Origin: Gemmatimonadaceae bacterium
GTDB taxonomy: Bacteria; Gemmatimonadota; Gemmatimonadetes; Gemmatimonadales; Gemmatimonadaceae
NCBI GenBank assembly: GCA_031409715.1
Contig: JANNXU010000084.1
Location: forward strand, 63,704-127,703
Direction: 5' to 3'
DNA length: 64,000 bases
A program made the translations under genes and the position numbers. Under the pieces are notes generated by a model. It ran no database searches and was not told where the DNA came from. It was given only the letters and a program-made list of their open reading frames with translations. Positions 48,437 through 54,637 of the stretch are shown piece by piece (position 1 is the stretch's first letter; each line of letters opens with the position of its first letter).

Positions 48437-48520
48437 CTCGGTGCGCGGCTCGGTCTGCGGCTCGATCTGCCCCGCCGTCTGCCACTCCGTCTGCAGCTCA
48501 GTCTGCGACTCGGATCGGAA
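48437..48520. repeat. 12-nt tandem repeat x7 (CTCGGTCTGCGG-like; GCAGAC core on the minus strand)
   Basis: Units start at 48437, 48449, 48461, 48473, 48485, 48497 and 48509. The array lies directly upstream of the ATP-grasp start. Confidence 0.85.
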
Positions 48521-48573
48521 TCTGGCTTCTAACTCCGTTCGCGCGTGCATACGCGCTGCATTCGAAGGAACGA

Positions 48574-49149
48574 TCATCCCTCGGTGCGTCGCAGGTCGCG
48601 CAGCTTCGCCTCGGCCGTGGCGAGGTCGATGCCCGGTGCCACCTCGGCGTCGCTCATGCCGAGGATCTCCAGCGCCCGCGCGACGACCGGTGCGCCGCCT
48701 GGAGCGCGCTGCCCGAACTCGATCTCGGCACGGCGGCACATGCGCTCTTCGTCGGCGATGTTCGTGGTGCGGCGGTTGACGCGCATGGCGGTGACGCGGG
48801 CGTGCACGCCCTCGTGCAGCACCGTCGCGGCGACCTGCGCCAGCGTGAAGGTCGGGTTCACGATGAAGGTCGTGTCGATCACCATCAGGCGCGTCTCGTG
48901 GAAGAAGACGCCGCGGTTGGGCCAGCGCTTGATCCAGATGGCGGCGACGTCGGTGCGCAGGCGGCGCAGGTTGCGCGGCATGTGCGTGCCGATCAGGCCG
49001 AGTGCCTCGGTGAAGCGGCTGACGAGCTGTGCGTCGTCGATGTCCTCGCGCTCGTTCAGCAGCCAGACCGGCACGCCGTGGATGACGTGCTTGGCGGAGC
49101 GGTTCGCGTCGTAGCGCTCGCGGAGCGGCTGGAGGAGGTCGCGGAGCAT
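48574..49149 (-). CDS. Hypothetical protein with an HEGVH (HEXXH) motif
   Basis: A 191-aa ORF with high GC3. It lies 19 nt downstream of the preceding gene. No family was recognised. Confidence 0.55.
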   Translation of the reverse strand: MLRDLLQPLRERYDANRSAKHVIHGVPVWLLNEREDIDDAQLVSRFTEALGLIGTHMPRNLRRLRTDVAAIWIKRWPNRGVFFHETRLMVIDTTFIVNPTFTLAQVAATVLHEGVHARVTAMRVNRRTTNIADEERMCRRAEIEFGQRAPGGAPVVARALEILGMSDAEVAPGIDLATAEAKLRDLRRTEG

Positions 49150-49168
49150 CAGGGAAAGAAAGCGCCGA

Positions 49169-49645
49169 TCACGGGGCGGGCCAGCCGGTGTCGAGGAGGA
49201 TCTTCCAGGTGCCGTCGTCCTGCTTGCGCCAGAGGGTCATGTAGCGGCCGCGGGAGAGTGTGTCGGTGCGGGCGCTGCGCCGGACCACGGCCGAGCGTCC
49301 GACGGTGACACCGGTGCGGCGGTCGGCGTAGGCGACGGCGTCGGTGGGCTCCCAGGTGAGGAGCCTGGTGGCGTCGGCGAAGAGCGACTTGTCGTTGCCG
49401 GCCACCGGGTCGATGCCGCGCAGCAGGATCAGTCCGCCGTTGCCGGGCTTGGCGATGTCGGGGGCGAAGCGGGCCACCCAGGCGGCGAGGCCGCTGTCGG
49501 CGACGGCGCGGGCGTAGGCCCGGTCGGCGGCGAAGAGTTCGTCCTGCAGGCCGGTGTCGTTGCCTGGCGTGCGGGTCGGCAGCGCCACCGGGGGGCGGCA
49601 GGCGGCGAGGGCGAGGGTGGTGGCCAGCAGGAGACGGAGGCGCAT
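49169..49645 (-). CDS. DUF4440 / SnoaL-like (NTF2 fold) lipoprotein
   Basis: The N-terminus is MRLRLLLATTLALAACRPP. The C-terminal motif is YMTLWRKQDDGTWKILLDTG. The start is at ATG 49643-49645. Confidence 0.65.
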   Translation of the reverse strand: MRLRLLLATTLALAACRPPVALPTRTPGNDTGLQDELFAADRAYARAVADSGLAAWVARFAPDIAKPGNGGLILLRGIDPVAGNDKSLFADATRLLTWEPTDAVAYADRRTGVTVGRSAVVRRSARTDTLSRGRYMTLWRKQDDGTWKILLDTGWPAP

Positions 49646-49720
49646 GGTGACTCGCGGGAGAGGGCGATGCTGGAACGTACCCGCAGGATGGACCCGCGTG
49701 CCGGCCGCAACCCTCAGCAT

Positions 49721-49838
49721 CAAGGGGTCAGAGTCCTTGTGGCGCGGGAGCATCAAGGGGTCAGAGTCCTTGTTGCTCCGACCCAGCAAGGGGTCAGAGT
49801 CCTTGTTGTGCGGGAGCCTCAAGGACTCTGACCCCTTG
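49721..49838. repeat. Four copies of a 19-20-bp motif at exactly 33-bp spacing, the last one inverted
   Basis: CAAGGGGTCAGAGTCCTTGT occurs at 49721, 49754 and 49787. The inverted CAAGGACTCTGACCCCTTG is at 49820. Copies 3 and 4 form a 20-bp perfect stem. Confidence 0.95.
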
Positions 49839-49892
49839 CTCGGGTGTCTGGCCACATGAAACAATCGCGCGTGGCTGTGCCCCCACGTTCCC

Positions 49893-52800
49893 TCAATGAA
49901 AGTCATGACTCCGCGCATGCTCCGCCCCCAGCTGTGCATCCAGCGGCACGAACAGCCGCCCCTTCACCGTCACCACGTTCGACTCCACCTGCAGCGTGCC
50001 CCGCACCAGCAGCAGCGGTGACGTGCTGATCTTCAGCGCATCACGCTCGAATCGCTGCGGCGTGACGACGACGTTCACAATGCCGGTCTCGTCCTCCAGC
50101 GAGAGGAAGACGAAGCCCTTCGCAGTGCCGGGCCGCTGCCGGCAGATCACCAGGCCGGCCACCGCCACCTGCTCGGTGTCGCGGCCGTTCCGCTGGAGGT
50201 CGCGCGCGGTGCGGATGCCGTTCGGCTGCAGCAGCGGCCGCAGATGTCGCATGGGATGCCCGTTCAGCGACAGCCCCGTCACGCGATAGTCCGCCTCGGT
50301 CAGCTCGGCCATCGACATGTGCGGTAGCGCGGCGTCGGGCAGTATTACCGATGGGGCAAGCGGCCCCGCGTCGCCACGCACGGCGGCCAGCACCTCCCAC
50401 AGCGCGCGGCGCCGGCGCGTGGCCAGCGGCTCCTGCGCGAACATCCCGTCGAACGCCCCCGACTCCGCCAGCAGTCGCAGTGCACGCCGATCGAGCCGCG
50501 TGCGCCGCACCACGTCACTCACGTCGCTGAACGGCCCCTCGGTGAGCGCCGCCTCGAGCTTGCCACGCGCCGCCGCGCCCAGCCCGCGCACACTGCGTAC
50601 GCCAAGCCGCACCGCCGGTGCGCTGGACTGCGGCCGGCGCAGCTCGAGCGTCGCGTCCCACGCCGAACGGGTGAGGTCCACGGAGCGCACCTCCACGCCG
50701 TGTCGCACACCGTCCTCGATCAGCGTGCCCGGCGCGTAGAACCCCATCGGCTGCGCATTCAGCATCGCCGCCAGGAACTCGGCATGGTAGTAATGCCGCA
50801 GCCACGCCGACGCGTAGACCAGCAGCGCGAAACTGGCGGCGTGGCTCTCGGGAAAGCCGTAGTCGGCGAAGGCGTTGATCTGCGCGAAGATGCGGTTGGC
50901 GATGTCGTCGTCGATGCCGTTGGCGCGCATCCCGGCGAGCATCTTCTGGCGCAGCGCCTCCATCTTCTCGTGGCTGCGCTTGTGTCCCATCGCGCGGCGC
51001 AGTGCATCGGCCTCGCCGGCGGTGAAGCCGGCACAGGCGATCGCGACCTGCATGCCCTGCTCCTGGAAGAGCGGCACACCGAGTGTGCGCTTGAGGATCG
51101 GCTCCAGTGACGGGTGCGGGTAGATCACCTCCTCGGTGCCGGCCCGGCGGCGCAGGTAGGGGTGCACCATCGCGCCCTGAATCGGCCCGGGGCGGATGAG
51201 TGCGACCTCGACGACGAGGTCGTAGAAGCAGCGCGGCTTGAGGCGCGGCAGCGTGTTCATCTGCGCTCGACTCTCCACCTGAAACACGCCGATGGTATCG
51301 GCCGCACAGAGGTCGTCGTAGACCGCCTGGTCGCTGGTATCGAGCAGCGCGAGATCGATGCTCACGCCGCGCGTCTGCCGCACGTATACGAGGCAGTCCT
51401 GCAGCACGGTGAGAATGCCGAGTCCGAGCAGGTCGATCTTCACCAGGCCGGCGGCATCGAGATCGTCGCGTTCCCACTGGATGACGGTGCGCCCCGGCAT
51501 GGAGGCGGGCTCGATGGGCACGACGGTGGAGAGGGGCTCGCGCGTGAGCACGAAGCCGCCGACATGGATGGAGCGATGACGCGGCAGTTGGTGCAGACCG
51601 TCGACGATGTCGGCGAGGGCACGCACACGCGGATCGGCGGGATCGAGGCCGGCGCGCTGCAGCAGGTCGGTGGGGAGTGTGCGCTCCTGCTTCGCGCCGA
51701 AGCCGGTGGTGGGCGCGGTGGCGGATGGTGGCGTCATCACCGGCGTGCCCGGTGTGGAGGCGTCCATCGCGCCGCGTTCGACGGCGGTGGTGCGGCGGGT
51801 GCGCGCCTTGGGGATGGCGGCGAGGCGCTCATCACGTTCGAACCGCTTGCGCAGTTCGGGGCGTCCGCCGGTGCCGTCGCCATGCATGCCGTCGAACCCA
51901 TCCACGTCGGCGGAGGCGGTGCGGATGGACGGGCGGTGCACGGTGAGCGGCACTGGTGCATCATCGGTGCCGTTGGTGTTGGCGGTGGTGTTGGTGTTGG
52001 TGTTGGCGGTGGTGTTGGTGTTGGCGGTGGTGTTGGTGTTGGCGGTGGCGTCGGCGGTTGCGGTCGCGCTGGCGAGGGCGCGCTTGGCCATGTCGCGCCG
52101 GATGTGCGGGCGATCGGTGTCGGGGACGTCGGCGCGGTGCACGGGGCCGGTGCCGTTCACGGTGTTCGGCGTGGCATCGACGAATGCCACGCGACGAAGA
52201 TCATCGGCGGTGCCGTTGCCGATGCCGGCGCGCAGTGCGGCGGCGGTGCTGCGCGCGCTGAAGCGGTCGCTGACGGCGGCCAGCGCATCGCCCTGCTCCA
52301 CCGAAAATCCGAGCACGCGTGCCGCGTCTCGCACCGCGCTGCGACCGCGGTAGGTGATCTGCTCGCAGACCATCGCGGCGTGCTCGCGGCCGTAGCGTTC
52401 GTACACGTACTGCAGCACGCGCTCGCGATCGCGGTGGGCGAAGTCGATGTCGATGTCAGGCGGTTCGCGGCGGTCCTCGCTGAGGAATCGCTCGAAGAGC
52501 AGTTCCATGCGGATGGGATCGACGGCGGTGATGCCGAGGCAGTAGCAGACGGCGGAGTTGGCGGCGGAGCCGCGACCCTGGCAGAGGATGCCCTCGCGCC
52601 GCGAGAAGCGGACGATGTCCCACACGATCAGGAAGTAGCCGGCCATGTCGAGGCGGCGAATGACGGCCAGTTCGTGCGCCAGCTGCCGCGCCTGTGCGGG
52701 GGTGCGGGTGGAGCCCCAGCGTTCCGTGGCGCCGGTCTCGACGAGCTGCGCGAGATAGTCGTCCTCGCTCACGCCGGGCGGCAGCGGAAATCGCGGCAGC

Positions 52801-53621
52801 GACGGCTTGATCTGCCCGATGCGGAACTGGCAGCGTTCGGCGATGGCGCGGGTGGCCCGCAGGCCCGCCTCGTGTCCCAGCCAGCGCTTGTGATGCAGGG
52901 CGGTGGACTTGAGGTACCACTCGCCGTTGGGCCGCAGGCGCGTGCCCATCGCGTCGAGCGGGCGGCCGTGGCGCAGGGCGGTGAGGGCGTCGTGGGTGGT
53001 GCGACCCTGCCGCGTGGCGTAGTGCACGTCGTTCGTGACGACCCACGGCACGCCGATGCGCCGCGCCAGCGGGATGAGCTGCCGCACCAGCGCATGCTCT
53101 TCGGGGAGGCGGTGATCCCAGACCTCGATCGCGAACGATTCGGCGAAGAGATCGCGCATCACGCCGGCCACGCGCGCGGCCTCGGTGGCGTTGCCGGCGG
53201 CGAGCGCCTGCGGGATCGCGCCACGCGGGCAGCCGCTGAGCGCGAACAGCCCACCGGCATGCTGCGCGAGCAGCGCGAACGACACCGACGGTGCCCCACG
53301 CTCGGCGGCGTCCATGCGGGCGCGCGTGAGCAGCGTGCCGAGGTTGCCGTAGCCCGTGCGCGACATGGCGAGCAGCGTGAGGTGCTGCAGGGCGCCATCG
53401 GATTGCACCGTGAGTTCGGCGCCGATGATGCCCGCGATGCCGGCGGTGTCGCAGGCCTGCGCGAAGCGCACGGCGCCACCGAGTTCATCGTGGTCGGTGA
53501 GTGCGAGGGCGGGCTGTCCGGCGATGAGTGCACGGGCGACGAGTTCTTCCGGTGCCGACGCGCCATCGAGCAGCGAGAAGGCGCTGTGGCAGTGCAGCTC
53601 GACGTAATCGGCGGCGGTCAC
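49893..53621 (-). CDS. dnaE2: Error-prone DNA polymerase III alpha subunit DnaE2 (ImuC)
   Basis: The PHP N-terminus is YVELHCHSAFSLLDGAS, and similarity to polymerase III alpha runs through the protein. The start is GTG. At 1242 aa it is longer than usual because of a low-complexity insert. Confidence 0.93.
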   Translation of the reverse strand: MTAADYVELHCHSAFSLLDGASAPEELVARALIAGQPALALTDHDELGGAVRFAQACDTAGIAGIIGAELTVQSDGALQHLTLLAMSRTGYGNLGTLLTRARMDAAERGAPSVSFALLAQHAGGLFALSGCPRGAIPQALAAGNATEAARVAGVMRDLFAESFAIEVWDHRLPEEHALVRQLIPLARRIGVPWVVTNDVHYATRQGRTTHDALTALRHGRPLDAMGTRLRPNGEWYLKSTALHHKRWLGHEAGLRATRAIAERCQFRIGQIKPSLPRFPLPPGVSEDDYLAQLVETGATERWGSTRTPAQARQLAHELAVIRRLDMAGYFLIVWDIVRFSRREGILCQGRGSAANSAVCYCLGITAVDPIRMELLFERFLSEDRREPPDIDIDFAHRDRERVLQYVYERYGREHAAMVCEQITYRGRSAVRDAARVLGFSVEQGDALAAVSDRFSARSTAAALRAGIGNGTADDLRRVAFVDATPNTVNGTGPVHRADVPDTDRPHIRRDMAKRALASATATADATANTNTTANTNTTANTNTNTTANTNGTDDAPVPLTVHRPSIRTASADVDGFDGMHGDGTGGRPELRKRFERDERLAAIPKARTRRTTAVERGAMDASTPGTPVMTPPSATAPTTGFGAKQERTLPTDLLQRAGLDPADPRVRALADIVDGLHQLPRHRSIHVGGFVLTREPLSTVVPIEPASMPGRTVIQWERDDLDAAGLVKIDLLGLGILTVLQDCLVYVRQTRGVSIDLALLDTSDQAVYDDLCAADTIGVFQVESRAQMNTLPRLKPRCFYDLVVEVALIRPGPIQGAMVHPYLRRRAGTEEVIYPHPSLEPILKRTLGVPLFQEQGMQVAIACAGFTAGEADALRRAMGHKRSHEKMEALRQKMLAGMRANGIDDDIANRIFAQINAFADYGFPESHAASFALLVYASAWLRHYYHAEFLAAMLNAQPMGFYAPGTLIEDGVRHGVEVRSVDLTRSAWDATLELRRPQSSAPAVRLGVRSVRGLGAAARGKLEAALTEGPFSDVSDVVRRTRLDRRALRLLAESGAFDGMFAQEPLATRRRRALWEVLAAVRGDAGPLAPSVILPDAALPHMSMAELTEADYRVTGLSLNGHPMRHLRPLLQPNGIRTARDLQRNGRDTEQVAVAGLVICRQRPGTAKGFVFLSLEDETGIVNVVVTPQRFERDALKISTSPLLLVRGTLQVESNVVTVKGRLFVPLDAQLGAEHARSHDFH
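51972..52048. repeat. In-frame 18-nt tandem repeat inside dnaE2 (coding strand ACCGCCAACACCAACACC; TANTNT peptide repeats)
   Basis: The plus strand reads GTTGGTGTTGGCGGTGGT... and the encoded peptide is ATANTNTTANTNTTANTNTNTTANTNG. Confidence 0.9.
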
Positions 53622-53644
53622 GCGACACCGCCAGCGCGAGTGGA

Positions 53645-53718
53645 GTGGACATGAAGTTGGGGCAGCACAAAGCCGGCTGGCGACTGCACCCCGAACTTCG
53701 TTTCCACGTCACTAGATT
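53645..53718 (+). promoter_or_regulatory. pyp upstream element: imperfect inverted repeat ending in CAC-TAGATT, homologous to the ispH element
   Basis: GTGGACATGAAGTTGGGG lies at 53645-53662 and CCCCGAACTTCGTTTCCAC at 53689-53707. TAGATT (53713-53718) is 7 nt from ATG 53726. Confidence 0.55.
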
Positions 53719-53725
53719 GCGCGGC

Positions 53726-54166
53726 ATGGAGACCCCGGACACCCCACGCACGGACCTGCAGCGACTGACTCCGGCGTCGCACGAGGCGCTGAAGGCCGAG
53801 ATCCTCTCGACGGCCGACACGATGTCGGGCGAGGAGCTGGACACGCTGCCGTACGGCATGATCCAGCTGGACGCGACGGGGCGCATCCTCAAGTACAACG
53901 CCGTCGAGAGTCGCCTCGCGCAGCTGCCGCAGGAGACGACGATCGGCAAGAAATTCTTCAGCGAAATCGCACCGTGCACGAAGGTCCAGCAGTTCTACGG
54001 GCAGTTCAAGGACGGGGTGCTGCGCGAGTCGCTGGACACGACCTTCTCCTTCCACTTCGCGTTCAAGCAGAACCCGCGTGACGTGACGGTGCGGCTGTTC
54101 TACAGCAAGCGGACGCGGAGTGTGTGGGTGATGATCTCGGACCGGGAAGGGAACCCGATCGGGTAG
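53726..54166 (+). CDS. pyp: Photoactive yellow protein homolog (PAS-fold blue-light photoreceptor)
   Basis: It aligns with H. halophila PYP recalled from memory: GMIQLDATGRILKYNAVE versus GAIQLDGDGNILQYNAAE, and IGKKFFSEIAPCT versus IGKNFFKDVAPCT. Tyr42, Glu46 and Cys69 equivalents are present. Length is 146 aa. Confidence 0.88.
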   Translation: METPDTPRTDLQRLTPASHEALKAEILSTADTMSGEELDTLPYGMIQLDATGRILKYNAVESRLAQLPQETTIGKKFFSEIAPCTKVQQFYGQFKDGVLRESLDTTFSFHFAFKQNPRDVTVRLFYSKRTRSVWVMISDREGNPIG

Positions 54167-54208
54167 CTCGGCGTGGCGTGACTGCTGCTGCTCCGACAGC
54201 AACTGCCA

Positions 54209-54586
54209 CTGCAACGGCAACGGCGGAAACGCAAAACTGGACAGCCGCAAAACGGCACTGTTGCAAAACGGCAACGGCAACGGCCACCGCGATTTTATCG
54301 CAGAACGGCACAGCCGCAGAACGGCACAACCGCAGAACGGCAACAGCCACCGAACAGCAAGGGCTTTGCGAACTGCAGTTGCCGTTGCAGTTCCTCCAGC
54401 ATTTTCGATGCATCGTGTTTCGCAGACACTGAATGCCCGCACGAATGCCGTGCCGTTCTGCGGTTGTGCCGTTCTGCGATAAAATCGCTGTGGCCGTTGC
54501 TGTTGCTGTCGCCGTTGCCGTTTTGCAACAATGCCGTTTTGCGGTTGTGCAGTTTTGCGTTTCCGCCGTTGCAGTTGCAGTTGCAG
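54209..54586. repeat. Large imperfect palindrome (arms of about 133 bp, centre of about 110 bp)
   Basis: The left arm is 54209-54341 and the right arm 54452-54586, about 90 percent complementary by eye. Arms contain GCAGAACGGCACARCC repeats, (AACGGC)n and (GCAGTT)n. The degenerate symmetry extends to both gene ends. Confidence 0.9.
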
Positions 54587-54637
54587 TTGCAGTCGCAGTT
54601 GCAGTCGCCGTCGCTGTTGCCGTGACCGTTGCCCGGG

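Noticed and set aside
49721-49838. A possible CRISPR array, from the 33-bp periodic repeats. The 39-bp repeats at 26866-26982 raised the same question.
   Set aside because: The spacers are only 13-19 nt and are related to each other. There are only 3-4 units, one of them inverted, and there are no cas genes or leader.
51114-53654. An 846-aa plus-strand ORF opposite dnaE2. Also 38333..39748 and 39174..41021 opposite the BNR and FAD genes, 16013..17002 opposite pfkA, and 55089..56447 opposite imuB.
   Set aside because: These are antisense GC artefacts, with low-complexity Gly/Arg/Ala/Asp translations. The opposite strand encodes recognisable families.
53689-53707. A Cheo-box-like LexA site (GAAC-N4-TTTC) in the dnaE2/pyp spacer.
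   Set aside because: The second half-site is TTTC rather than GTTC in every copy. The same motif sits upstream of ispH, which is not expected in an SOS regulon. It is kept only as part of the shared-element finding.
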